Of a stretch of DNA of 64,000 nt, positions 28,989 to 38,476 are shown piece by piece; positions within the stretch are counted from its first letter, which is position 1, and each line of letters starts with the position of its first letter. The notes below the pieces were generated by a model, which worked only from the letters and a program-made list of their open reading frames with translations, made no database searches and was not told where the DNA came from. A program made the position numbers and the translations under genes. Origin of the DNA: a virus (lineage: Duplodnaviria > Caudoviricetes). The stretch is taken from IMG/VR virus record IMGVR_UViG_3300038524_000024, positions 40,988-104,987 of that record; one strand, written 5' to 3'.

Positions 28989-29993
28989 TTAGTTATTTTC
29001 AATGTTGACGCCAAAAACCTCATTCATAACTGAAAGTTTATCGTCTTTTAAATATCCTTCTGTAGTATCAACCTTTTCGTGGTTAGCTATACTTTTCAAA
29101 ATCGTCAAATCTAATTTACCAAGATTTTTTCTAACACAAATGTAATGCGTACCGTCAGCCATATTCTGCAATGCAGAATGACGCATAGAGTGAACATTAA
29201 ATTTTGTTTCTTTTCCCTCTACTTCAGTAAAAACATTCCTGATTTCCATAAACATTCTATATATCTTATTGGCATTGGCTTGTTGTTTCTTTCCATAAGC
29301 ATGATAAACCCATAAGCTATCAAACTCATCGTGTCCTCTTTGTTCAAGCCAAAGCCTAGCACATTTCTTTGTTTCTTCAAAATAAATCAAATTGAAAACT
29401 TTTCTTCGTTTTCCAATGACCTTATTGGTATAACTTATAGCATCATCATAAAAACCATGTTTTAACACCTGTGCAATTTCATTTTTACGAGCGGCAGAAT
29501 CATATGCAAGCATAAGCAATGTTGCTAATTGATATTCTTCACGTCTGATAAGTTCTTCTTCAAGCCGCAATACTTGCACATCAGACAAGAAAAATATTTC
29601 TCTTACTGGCTCTCTTTGTAGCCCTTTTATTTTTCTAGCTATATCGTTGGAATAATGCAATTCTTCGTCTTCTTCACAATAATTATATAATGATTGCATA
29701 GAAGACCATAACCTATTATGCCTAGCTACAGAAACCCCACATTCTTCGGTTAGCCAAATAGAGTAAGTTTTTAATTCTCTTCTAGATAATTGCAATATGC
29801 TCTTATTATTACAATTTCTATATACATATATAAGAAATATGCGCATATCGTTATAATATTGTTTTATAGTTCCAACAGCACGTCTTCGCTGTCTAAGTTC
29901 AAGTATAAAATCATCTAATACAATTTTATTCTCTAGTAAGACAGCATCCCAATCTTCTTGGTTGTAAACACTGTTATAAACTCCCTTAGTCAT
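28989..29993 (-). CDS. Tyrosine recombinase (YomM-like position)
   Basis: SAARKNE (R), GKRRK (K), HSMRH, NHE, GY catalytic residues. Confidence 0.88.
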   Translation of the reverse strand: MTKGVYNSVYNQEDWDAVLLENKIVLDDFILELRQRRRAVGTIKQYYNDMRIFLIYVYRNCNNKSILQLSRRELKTYSIWLTEECGVSVARHNRLWSSMQSLYNYCEEDEELHYSNDIARKIKGLQREPVREIFFLSDVQVLRLEEELIRREEYQLATLLMLAYDSAARKNEIAQVLKHGFYDDAISYTNKVIGKRRKVFNLIYFEETKKCARLWLEQRGHDEFDSLWVYHAYGKKQQANANKIYRMFMEIRNVFTEVEGKETKFNVHSMRHSALQNMADGTHYICVRKNLGKLDLTILKSIANHEKVDTTEGYLKDDKLSVMNEVFGVNIENN

Positions 29994-30004
29994 ACTTCCT
30001 CCGT

Positions 30005-30463
30005 TCAATCAATACGTACAAGTATTTCAGTTCTTGGACGGTCTTTGTCGTAATCTATTTTTAATGTTAAGCTATGTATGTGCTTATAATCATCGTCTAC
30101 AATGAATCCTGCTTCTACCAAACCATCAATTAAAAACTTTGGTGACATATTATCAACGTCTGCACGGATTTTGGTTTTGAGATATGAAGTACATTCCATT
30201 TTACAACCCTGAATTTTTAATCCAGATAATCCTTCGTTCTCTACAAACCATACGATAAATTCTTTCCACTTACCTTTTAGCGCATTCATTTCTGGTCTGC
30301 GCATCACAAACCAAGCATTTATAGAAGGATGTGTTGGTCTATCAATAGGTGGTACCTTTCTTTTTGGATACCTAGAAAAGTAAAAATTATTATAATCATT
30401 TAATGTGTTTTCATCTATTACTAGCTTAATGGTATCCCCCGACTTATATTGTTGATTAGTCAT
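30005..30463 (-). CDS. RusA-like Holliday junction resolvase
   Basis: PSIN, RADVDN...KFLIDGLVEAGFIVDDD, PRTEI. Confidence 0.8.
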   Translation of the reverse strand: MTNQQYKSGDTIKLVIDENTLNDYNNFYFSRYPKRKVPPIDRPTHPSINAWFVMRRPEMNALKGKWKEFIVWFVENEGLSGLKIQGCKMECTSYLKTKIRADVDNMSPKFLIDGLVEAGFIVDDDYKHIHSLTLKIDYDKDRPRTEILVRID

Positions 30464-31181
30464 TTTGAGCCTCTCGTTTGAGCGCCCAACGCTTTTTAGC
30501 CGCTATACTCATTTTTTCGCGTGTTTTATCAGACGCAATACGCCCACGCATTTTTGCGAGGACTTCTTCTGTATACTTATGTCCAAGAGCGTTAGTATTG
30601 CCTTTGCTTGCCTCAGACAGTCTTGCACGAACTTTTTCTGATACAATGTGCCCAAGAGCATTTGTATTACCTTTACCAGATTCACTAATTTTTTGTTTGG
30701 ATTCTTCGGTGTGATATTTCCCTATATTTACTTCTCTGATTTTTTGTTTGGATTCTTCGGTGTGATGCTTCCCCATATTGGCTTTTCCGATTTTTTGTTT
30801 TGATTCTTCGGTATGGTGCTTACCAAAATTGTGATGGTTCTTACCAGACATCTTTGCAAGAGATTCGGCGGTATGATGTCTTCCCTGCATTGGAGCGAGT
30901 GCGTCTTCTGAACTGTTATATGCGGGACGTAACAACTTTATAAGCCCATCTTCAAGGTACAATTTGTGAGCAACATCACATAACAGTAATATGCTAAACT
31001 CAAATGCTTGTTCACCGTACTTATTCCAAGCATTTTGAAAATGTGTGTTTCCACGTAGGTTTTTACGTAATTCATAGCGATGACTATTCCATCGCCCACG
31101 TATATCACATGAGCTTCCAAGATAATAATCTCCAGTTATAGTATTCAAAATCTTATAAACTCCACAAATTTTTGCAATCAT
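30456..31181 (-). CDS. GIY-YIG homing endonuclease with NUMOD3 repeats
   Basis: GVYKI..YLGSS, AYN, HTEESKQKI repeats (51-bp DNA period); AGGAGG RBS before ATG 31181. Confidence 0.92.
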   Translation of the reverse strand: MIAKICGVYKILNTITGDYYLGSSCDIRGRWNSHRYELRKNLRGNTHFQNAWNKYGEQAFEFSILLLCDVAHKLYLEDGLIKLLRPAYNSSEDALAPMQGRHHTAESLAKMSGKNHHNFGKHHTEESKQKIGKANMGKHHTEESKQKIREVNIGKYHTEESKQKISESGKGNTNALGHIVSEKVRARLSEASKGNTNALGHKYTEEVLAKMRGRIASDKTREKMSIAAKKRWALKREAQND

Positions 31182-31186
31182 TTTTG

Positions 31187-31273
31187 CCTCCTGTGGCAAC
31201 TCCCGAATTAATGAAGAACGGAAAGGACATTTCAGGAAGTATGTCTTTTCGGGAGCTACCCTATTCCGTTCTT
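31187..31273 (-). ncRNA. Putative three-way-junction leader RNA upstream of GIY-YIG gene (copy 2)
   Basis: P1 AAGAACGGAA/UUCCGUUCUU; UA-GGGUAGCUCCC-GAAAA; P3 GACAU-ACUUCCUGAA-AUGUC; loop complementary to CAGGAGG RBS. Confidence 0.65.
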
Positions 31274-31300
31274 TCAATACAATTTAAAACAGTTCAATAT

Positions 31301-33133
31301 TTATATTTTAGTGACGAAGTTTTTATTAATCCATCTATTCGTGACGGGACTAACTCTAAGCCAATCACCGCGCTCTTGATAAACAGTTATGTCTGCACCA
31401 TAATAATAGTAATCAATTTCTCTAAAGTTAATTCCAGCACCAACACGAACTCTCAATCCATGCGCACTGACTTTTCCATCCCATAATTTAATTAATGGCT
31501 TATCTTTTTCCCAATCCCAACTTCTAAACAATGGAAGAGGGTCTATAGCATTATATTTTTTACTACCGGCAATTGGGGGCTGTGGAGAATCCGCTCTTAG
31601 TTCTATGTGCAAATGTGCCCCTGTCGAAAAACCGCGATATGGGTCGCTCAATTCTCCGTTGCTAAGCCCCACAATTTGTCGGGACTTCACCACGTCACCT
31701 ACTTTTACTCTAAATTCTTTGAGATGTCCATAAATACTCACCCCCGCCTTATGTTGATTGTCATCAAAGTGTTGGAGAAATACGCTTCTTCCATACCCGT
31801 CGGAATTGTAGTCAGCCCTAATAACTGTTCCGCTTCTAACTGCGAAAATTTCATTATAGGGTGCTATTCCATAATCAATACCATTATGCCCACCACTTGA
31901 TGGATACCACGATGGATTTTTACCAAAAAGTTGAGTAATAGGAAATCCTAACTGTTCATTAAAAGGAAAATATAAGTAATCTAGTTCGCCTATTTCTTCT
32001 GGTACGCCATCGGAATAAGGAACAGTTAGTTGTTTATAAATCCACTTGTTCTCACTAGCAGAAATTTTTAACCATTTTGATGTAATTACATAAGCATCAA
32101 CTATACTGCCCTCTGGAAGAGTACCAACAATAGAATATTCTGTACCGGCACCTCCTCGAATATTGATATATTCATTAGAAGTAACTTTAAATTTACCAAG
32201 CGAATTTGGTTCTGGTACTATAATGTCAGGTATTTTACTGAGCCAAGTACCATTGCACCACTCACTGCTTATAGGGGAAATTTTTCTCCAAACATCATTT
32301 TCTTCGTATATATCAACAACTCTTTTATAAGGAAGTGCTGTTATTTTTGTAGCTATTGGATTAGGGGCGTTGCGAACAAATAGCCCATCAGTTGCGGTAA
32401 CTTCAGCTTTATACAAAGCTTCTATTGGTTCTGGCTCTGGTTCTGGAGATGAAACCTTATTGCAAAACACAAGCAAATCATCGTAACTACCATTGAACCA
32501 ATTCATATCTAACCCACTATACTGACTTCCCCAACTTATACTATTGTCCCCAGAATCACTGTAACTTGGATAAGATGCATTTGAAGCATATTGCCAAATT
32601 TTATAATTAGACCAAGGATTTGGTAATAGTGGCTCGGATACATGAGAATACATAGCGACCCAAAGTGGATATCTACTCATCCAAGCTAATAATCTTTGGT
32701 CATATCTATCGGTATACCACTTTGCAGTATAAATCATTGGAATTCTGCCGGTTGCTTTTTCTACAACATCTAACCATTGTCTCGTATCGTCAACATGCTT
32801 TTGTGGATTTTTTAATCCCTCTAGCTCTTCAAAGTCTAAAATTGGCGGAAAGTCAAGTAGATATCTATTATATATGTTATTTAAATAATAATCCGCTTGA
32901 TATTTTCCATCTCTAGTTGCATCCATCCAGCAATAACTACCAGTTAATAGTCCTTGCATTTTTGCATTGTCATAATTATTTTTGGCTTGTGCATCTACAA
33001 AACCAACTCCCGTTACAGAACCAACATCGGTGCCTTTAAAAATAACCCATCGAACACCTTTTGACTTTGCTTTGGAGTAATCAAAAAATCCCTGATGTGA
33101 TGAGACATCAATACCAAGTACGCGCCCAGTCAT
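31301..33133 (-). CDS. Modular endolysin: GH25 muramidase - SH3 - SH3 - M23 peptidase - SH3
   Basis: GIDVSSHQG, ILDFE, WQY, DMNWF; HNGIDY, YGHL, STGAHLH; three LxVRxG/P SH3-type domains. Confidence 0.88.
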   Translation of the reverse strand: MTGRVLGIDVSSHQGFFDYSKAKSKGVRWVIFKGTDVGSVTGVGFVDAQAKNNYDNAKMQGLLTGSYCWMDATRDGKYQADYYLNNIYNRYLLDFPPILDFEELEGLKNPQKHVDDTRQWLDVVEKATGRIPMIYTAKWYTDRYDQRLLAWMSRYPLWVAMYSHVSEPLLPNPWSNYKIWQYASNASYPSYSDSGDNSISWGSQYSGLDMNWFNGSYDDLLVFCNKVSSPEPEPEPIEALYKAEVTATDGLFVRNAPNPIATKITALPYKRVVDIYEENDVWRKISPISSEWCNGTWLSKIPDIIVPEPNSLGKFKVTSNEYINIRGGAGTEYSIVGTLPEGSIVDAYVITSKWLKISASENKWIYKQLTVPYSDGVPEEIGELDYLYFPFNEQLGFPITQLFGKNPSWYPSSGGHNGIDYGIAPYNEIFAVRSGTVIRADYNSDGYGRSVFLQHFDDNQHKAGVSIYGHLKEFRVKVGDVVKSRQIVGLSNGELSDPYRGFSTGAHLHIELRADSPQPPIAGSKKYNAIDPLPLFRSWDWEKDKPLIKLWDGKVSAHGLRVRVGAGINFREIDYYYYGADITVYQERGDWLRVSPVTNRWINKNFVTKI

Positions 33134-33162
33134 TTATTATTTCTCCTTATATGTTATTATAG

Positions 33163-33199
33163 AAAAAAGAAGGTATTGACTTATAATACCTTCTTTTTT
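33163..33199. terminator. Intrinsic terminator
   Basis: Inverted repeat AAAAAAGAAGGTATT ... AATACCTTCTTTTTT. Confidence 0.75.
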
Positions 33200-33216
33200 G
33201 CTATTTTATATTATTT

Positions 33217-34476
33217 CTAAACACTAACGAGAATATTTACCGTTGCAATTTCAGAATCTACAAATCCATCATTAACTTTAAAAGTAAACATATCATCACC
33301 GATGTACTCCGCTTCTGAAGTATAAATTACGTTTGGCGCAGTACCAGTAAGTTCACCGTGTGTCGGTTGAGTAACGATTATATATGTTAGTGGGTCATTT
33401 TCAGTGTCGAGTCCAACTAAAGTTATTTCTTCAGCTACACCCTGTGTTGCGTTAACACTGGGCTGACCGGTCGCTGTTGGTTGTGTATTAACATTAATGC
33501 TAACAATAGCACCGGCTACAGCATCTTCAGAATCTGTTACGGTATATTCGAAACTATCTGTTCCATGATAATCTACATCTGGAGTATATGTAAGATTTGG
33601 TTGGGTTCCAGTTAGTTCGCCATGCAGTGGGTCAACAGTCATGGCATATACTAAAACGCCCATATCTTCATCGCCGTAGTCAAGTATAAATTCCGCATAG
33701 CCATTGGGAACGACATCAATAATTTGGTTATTCGCAAATGGCAAATCATTTATAGATTCTATTGTTATACCAACTGTTGAAACATTAGAATCTGCAATTC
33801 CATCATTTGCCTTGAACGTGAAGCTATCTATACCAAAATAATTAGCATCTGGTGTATATACTAGGTTAGGAATATCACCAGTCAAACCGCCATGCAAGGG
33901 GGCATCGACAATAGAATATGTAAGGTCATCATTATCGTTATCGGTTGCGACAAGGGTAATGTTGACCGGAGTATCTTCATCTGTAGTTATATCTTGGCTT
34001 TGTGCAACTGGTATGTCATTAATAGGATTAATTGTAATACTAATAGTGGCGGGCACAGAGTTACTCATTCCATCGTTAACAATAAATGTGAACTCGTCCG
34101 TTCCATTAAAATTCTCGTCTGGTACATAGGTAACTGCTGGGAGTACTCCTGTCAAAGTACCATGCTCTGGTTGTTGTGTAATTATATATTCTAGTCCTAT
34201 GGCATCCGCCTTAATACCGCTAAGGGTAATTGCTTTTTGTACATCTTCATCTGTTGAAACTTCTTGACTGGCAGCCGAAGGCAGGGCGGTATAGTTTGCC
34301 GGAAGTTTGAAATCAACAAGTTGTAAATTACCTGAAACTATTTTCCAAGTAAGTGTATCTGTTAAATAGACTGTGCCGCCTATAATTCCAGCACCTTTAA
34401 TCTTCCCACCTACTATATCAGTGCTTTCAGCAATATAGGTGGGAAATGCTGTGGGCGAAATCGAATAAATTCCCAT
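33217..34476 (-). CDS. Ig/cadherin-like tandem repeat protein (virion decoration or adhesin)
   Basis: Four about 90-aa repeats P.A..Q...TDED...LTY.I...P.HG.LTG..P...Y.P....G.D.FTF...DG. Confidence 0.85.
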   Translation of the reverse strand: MGIYSISPTAFPTYIAESTDIVGGKIKGAGIIGGTVYLTDTLTWKIVSGNLQLVDFKLPANYTALPSAASQEVSTDEDVQKAITLSGIKADAIGLEYIITQQPEHGTLTGVLPAVTYVPDENFNGTDEFTFIVNDGMSNSVPATISITINPINDIPVAQSQDITTDEDTPVNITLVATDNDNDDLTYSIVDAPLHGGLTGDIPNLVYTPDANYFGIDSFTFKANDGIADSNVSTVGITIESINDLPFANNQIIDVVPNGYAEFILDYGDEDMGVLVYAMTVDPLHGELTGTQPNLTYTPDVDYHGTDSFEYTVTDSEDAVAGAIVSINVNTQPTATGQPSVNATQGVAEEITLVGLDTENDPLTYIIVTQPTHGELTGTAPNVIYTSEAEYIGDDMFTFKVNDGFVDSEIATVNILVSV

Positions 34477-34532
34477 AAAACTCCTTTATTATATCTTTAT
34501 AAGTCGCCCCAAAAGGAGCTTTTTGCTAATCT

Positions 34533-34567
34533 AAAAAAAAGAACACTAGCGCTTGCTAGTGTTCTTC
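34533..34567 (-). terminator. Intrinsic terminator after holin
   Basis: AAGAACACTAGC-loop-GCTAGTGTTCTT with T-tract on minus strand. Confidence 0.8.
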
Positions 34568-34578
34568 AATACTATAAG

Positions 34579-34962
34579 TTATCCTTTTATTCCAGATGTA
34601 TCTTCAGATACTTCGACGCTTAAACTCTTTTCGTCTGTCGACTTAGAATCAACAACGTCAGCAGTACCCTTGCCAGCACGATGGAAACCCGTACCAATAT
34701 AAACATTAATAAATGCAATTGCAATAATGCTAAAATATGGCGTAAGAAGTGCCAAAGTTGCTTCTGGGACGTAATTCATAATTACATACATAATGATAGT
34801 AAAAGCAGAAACAATACCAAAATAAATATTTTTCTTAGCTTCACTATTTTGTCCGGTATACCATGCCATTTTTTCCAATATGAAAGAAACAGCGATGGCA
34901 CCACCGCCACCGTATACAATCCACGTTAAAAAGTCAACTAAATTTGTAGGTAAATCAATCAT
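34579..34962 (-). CDS. Putative holin
   Basis: Three TM helices, charged C-terminal tail, near endolysin; AGGAG RBS before ATG 34962. Confidence 0.6.
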   Translation of the reverse strand: MIDLPTNLVDFLTWIVYGGGGAIAVSFILEKMAWYTGQNSEAKKNIYFGIVSAFTIIMYVIMNYVPEATLALLTPYFSIIAIAFINVYIGTGFHRAGKGTADVVDSKSTDEKSLSVEVSEDTSGIKG

Positions 34963-34969
34963 TTTTCTC

Positions 34970-35542
34970 CTAATCAAACATTCCGAATGGAAATATCGGA
35001 ACACCTATTTTGTTATATGCGTTATATGTCATATCATCAATTTGTTCTGACAAATCTTTTAAAGATGGTGTGAAATAATCTCTTGGATTTTTCCACCATT
35101 CTATATCTTCTCCAAAAGCATCAAACGCAGCCTGTGCGTTTTTTGAAGAATAATCCCAATATTTACCTTCAGCAATTGCAACATCCATGATGCTACGTCT
35201 ATCCTGCTCACCGTCTGGGCTACCATGCATAGCAAAAGTATATTCTCCACTGGAGCTTTCTTGGTTTGGATTATATTCCATAAGTTCTGGATTGCTAAAA
35301 ATCCTATAGGCGACAGCATTTTTATTCCCTCTGGGAATTTCAAACACAATGTCCCAACTAGCAACAAACCCGCCGTTTTCCCCTTGTCGTTCATACATTT
35401 CAGGCTTGAACGGATTATAAACCTCAGCCCAAACATTTTCAACTACAATTTCTTTTGCTAGAATGGAAATATCAAGAATTACACCATCTAAATCTTTAAG
35501 CATGTCCTTTTGTAAAGCAAGCGGAGTATAATAAAATGCCAT
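34970..35542 (-). CDS. Putative tail completion / neck protein
   Basis: VY..F.P.MYER...GF..SW and PRDYF motifs; tail operon position. Confidence 0.55.
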   Translation of the reverse strand: MAFYYTPLALQKDMLKDLDGVILDISILAKEIVVENVWAEVYNPFKPEMYERQGENGGFVASWDIVFEIPRGNKNAVAYRIFSNPELMEYNPNQESSSGEYTFAMHGSPDGEQDRRSIMDVAIAEGKYWDYSSKNAQAAFDAFGEDIEWWKNPRDYFTPSLKDLSEQIDDMTYNAYNKIGVPIFPFGMFD

Positions 35543-35543
35543 A

Positions 35544-35738
35544 TTACTCCATTTCTTTTAGTTTCACCAACTTCTTATGCTTTTTGAGTTTATGTGGTTC
35601 TATATATCCACATGCTGGACATAGTAAAACTTTATGTTCGAAAACAACATCTTCAATGTAATCCTGCTCAATGCTCCAATATAAGTATTTGTTGCATTCT
35701 GGGCAAGGTTTTCCACTGCGCTGTAATTTGTTCGACAT
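35544..35738 (-). CDS. Small Zn-ribbon protein
   Basis: CPEC...CPACG. Confidence 0.6.
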   Translation of the reverse strand: MSNKLQRSGKPCPECNKYLYWSIEQDYIEDVVFEHKVLLCPACGYIEPHKLKKHKKLVKLKEME

Positions 35739-35739
35739 T

Positions 35740-36381
35740 TTACTCAGACTTCTTTCTGCGAACAGATACCTTTTTTGTAATATTTTCCGTACTGCCTATC
35801 AAATTTTCAACCACGGGTATCATATCATTAGATGGCTCTATAATTTGATATTTATCATTAAATTCTTTTTGCGTACTTAAGACTGTTTGCATCAATTTAG
35901 CTATAGAATCCTTATCAAGGTCTATTCCAGAAATTTTGTTTAGCAGTTCTTCAACTTTGTCAATAATGCTTTCTAGTTTGAAACCAAGATTTGACTTACT
36001 ATATAAGTCTTTAAAAACTAATTCAACTGAAGAGTTCAATATCTTTTCAAAGCTTCTATAGTTGGTAATCTTTTCTAATATCTTGTCATAAGTGCCATTA
36101 GCAACAATGTCGTCTAATGGGAAACTATAATCATCAATATCTTCTATTTCCAAGTTGGTCATAAAATTTATAATAGATAAATATAATTTTATGTTTGCTC
36201 TAAGAACCCTCATTTCAATTGGGTTAGTAATGTCGGTTAATTCTTCACAATATTGTTGAATCAAAATACCTTGAATTGGCAAAGATATGTGTGTCAATAC
36301 TTCAACAGACTTATTGCCAATTTTAATTGTATCTGTTATCTCAGATTCTTTATCACTGAAAGAAATTCTAATTTTTTCCAT
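35740..36381 (-). CDS. Putative tail assembly chaperone
   Basis: Downstream of major tail gene; AAGGA RBS. Confidence 0.55.
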   Translation of the reverse strand: MEKIRISFSDKESEITDTIKIGNKSVEVLTHISLPIQGILIQQYCEELTDITNPIEMRVLRANIKLYLSIINFMTNLEIEDIDDYSFPLDDIVANGTYDKILEKITNYRSFEKILNSSVELVFKDLYSKSNLGFKLESIIDKVEELLNKISGIDLDKDSIAKLMQTVLSTQKEFNDKYQIIEPSNDMIPVVENLIGSTENITKKVSVRRKKSE

Positions 36382-36397
36382 CTTTTCCTTTAATATT

Positions 36398-36430
36398 TAA
36401 GAGGGGTGGCTTCACAGCCACCCCTCTAAG
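36398..36430 (-). terminator. Hairpin/terminator after major tail operon segment
   Basis: GAGGGGTGGC-TTCACA-GCCACCCCTC. Confidence 0.7.
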
Positions 36431-36431
36431 T

Positions 36432-36605
36432 TTATTGTGGAATAAAATCATGACAATCAATTTTGTCAATCATTTTATAGTCCATTATTTTTGCGCATAT
36501 CTTTACAAAAGGACATTGTTTGCCCTTATAAATGTTATTATACTGGCAAACAAATAATACATTACCATTTGTGGTTTTTATCTGTTTACCATTTGCACAA
36601 ATCAT
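36432..36605 (-). CDS. 57-aa Cys-rich protein missed by the ORF track
   Basis: TAATG coupling to major tail stop; MICANGKQIKTTNGNVLFVCQYNNIYKGKQCPFVKICAKIMDYKMIDKIDCHDFIPQ. Confidence 0.65.
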   Translation of the reverse strand: MICANGKQIKTTNGNVLFVCQYNNIYKGKQCPFVKICAKIMDYKMIDKIDCHDFIPQ

Positions 36606-37636
36606 TAGGCAACAACATTAAAAATACAACGGTCTGTTGTACCACTGTCAGTATGTGTAACAACAATAATTGCACTATCGCCTGCCGTAGCAGTATTAGC
36701 ACATGTTACTAATCCGCCAGCACTAATAGTAATATCGGCATCGCCACCGGCTTCCTTAGCAAAGGTACACCCACTGGTGATGTTAATATTGGCGCGAATA
36801 CCATCTCCTGGAATACCAAGAACTTCGATTTGCTTAGATTGTGGCAGACCTTGTGCAACTGAGAAATCCCAATCTGATGGAGTCGCAGCAATTAAACTAA
36901 ATGAACTTGATGCAACACCACTAACTGGTAGCCAAGCAATACGAGCATATACCCCACTCATACCGCAACCACCTTCACTAGATAGCATGGCACTACCTTC
37001 AATCGCTTCATTTGCAACACCATTGGCGTTGAAAGTCATAGTGTAATTACCAGATAACTGGAACTTAGGAACATAAATCTGCATAAGCTCAACTACGACA
37101 TTTGTATCATCTCGAACCTCGGTTGTATAAAACAACTCAACCATTGAAGGCGGAGTGTTGGAACCAATAAGAACAGACTCAGCAGTACCTGATGTCATAT
37201 AAGTTGCATGAACAGTAAGGTTTTCACCGTCAGGAACTAGAATATCACTTCCACTAGGAATAACAGATGTTTTGATATCTGTTGGCAATATTATGGTAAC
37301 ATTACCCGTAGGAACTTTAGACAACGTAGCCCCACCTAAAGCACTAAGCTCCAAACATTCAGTATATAGATACTCAATACTACCAGTCTGAATCAAAGAA
37401 CCGGCATTCAAAGCCAGAACTTCCTTATTAAATGATGCCTGTGTAATACTTACATCAAATGAGCGCTCTGAAACATACGAGAACAGAATGCTATTACCTA
37501 CACCACCGCGAACATCGGTTTTGGTAGCAGTCAAAGTAAAAGACGTGTCAACTGCGGTTGTACCAATAGCGATAATTTCTTTGGTAGCAATGTTTCGGAG
37601 AATAACTTCTCCTACGCTAACAATAAATTTTTTCAT
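36605..37636 (-). CDS. Major tail tube protein with C-terminal Ig-like domain
   Basis: VRGGVGN.IL, VPKFQLSG, ISAGGLVT; strong RBS; position. Confidence 0.8.
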   Translation of the reverse strand: MKKFIVSVGEVILRNIATKEIIAIGTTAVDTSFTLTATKTDVRGGVGNSILFSYVSERSFDVSITQASFNKEVLALNAGSLIQTGSIEYLYTECLELSALGGATLSKVPTGNVTIILPTDIKTSVIPSGSDILVPDGENLTVHATYMTSGTAESVLIGSNTPPSMVELFYTTEVRDDTNVVVELMQIYVPKFQLSGNYTMTFNANGVANEAIEGSAMLSSEGGCGMSGVYARIAWLPVSGVASSSFSLIAATPSDWDFSVAQGLPQSKQIEVLGIPGDGIRANINITSGCTFAKEAGGDADITISAGGLVTCANTATAGDSAIIVVTHTDSGTTDRCIFNVVA

Positions 37637-37655
37637 ATAAACTCCTTATTGAATT

Positions 37656-38468
37656 TTATTTTGACTTACTTTGTTCGACCATTTGGTCATTCATCAATGC
37701 CGATTTTTTCATAAAAGTTTCCTTGTGGATAAGGATATCGTCATAGCGACCCACATTTTCGCTTACAGAAAAATAGCTTTTTATTTTTGAACCATCAGTA
37801 AATTTTATTTGACCACTTGCTTCTAGGGGCTTGTATAAAATATATTCCTGAATTGCTGTCATTCTCATAAACTGATGTTTAAATTGAAACAAAGTATATT
37901 CTTCTATTTCTGAAAGCGTTTTATTCAACAAGGAACAAAACACAAACACTTGGTCTTTCAAAGTCATAGCACCGCTCGTTTTGTTTTTGAGCATTAATTT
38001 CTTTTCTAAATCTGGGTCATAATCTTCAACAAATCTCAGGGATAATCCATTTTGTACTAATACAATTTCTCTTATATTTTCAAAGTCGGTTTCTGTTATT
38101 TTTATTTCATCAAGCATAATATGCCATTTAACATTACGATAATCCACACCGCTATATCCAATGGTAATTTTCTCTTTATCAACTTTTGTAATATAAGAAA
38201 AGAACGCAATTAATTTATCAAAAAATATTTCTGGTTTTTCTTTATTCGCAGTAATGCCCATATTGATGATAAACTTCAAATAACTCATGCGCAAAATTTC
38301 AACATCTTGAATGTATCTTTTTGGAACACAAAAAATTTCATAAAATAAATCTTTCATTTTTGTTTCTTGAATTTTAATTGGGTAAATGTTTATTCCTTTA
38401 TATTGTTGGGGATGCCCCCATATATCACTTTCTTCATTGTAAATAGACCTCAAATTTTCTGAAATCAA
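37656..38468 (-). CDS. Conserved head-tail region protein
   Basis: IYPIKI, PK..I.D..IL.MSYL, IREI...QN; GGAGG RBS before TTG. Confidence 0.7.
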   Translation of the reverse strand: MISENLRSIYNEESDIWGHPQQYKGINIYPIKIQETKMKDLFYEIFCVPKRYIQDVEILRMSYLKFIINMGITANKEKPEIFFDKLIAFFSYITKVDKEKITIGYSGVDYRNVKWHIMLDEIKITETDFENIREIVLVQNGLSLRFVEDYDPDLEKKLMLKNKTSGAMTLKDQVFVFCSLLNKTLSEIEEYTLFQFKHQFMRMTAIQEYILYKPLEASGQIKFTDGSKIKSYFSVSENVGRYDDILIHKETFMKKSALMNDQMVEQSKSK

Positions 38469-38476
38469 GAATCCTC

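Noticed and set aside
35544-36381. Programmed tail-chaperone frameshift
   Set aside because: No clear slippery site with an extended open frame was identified.
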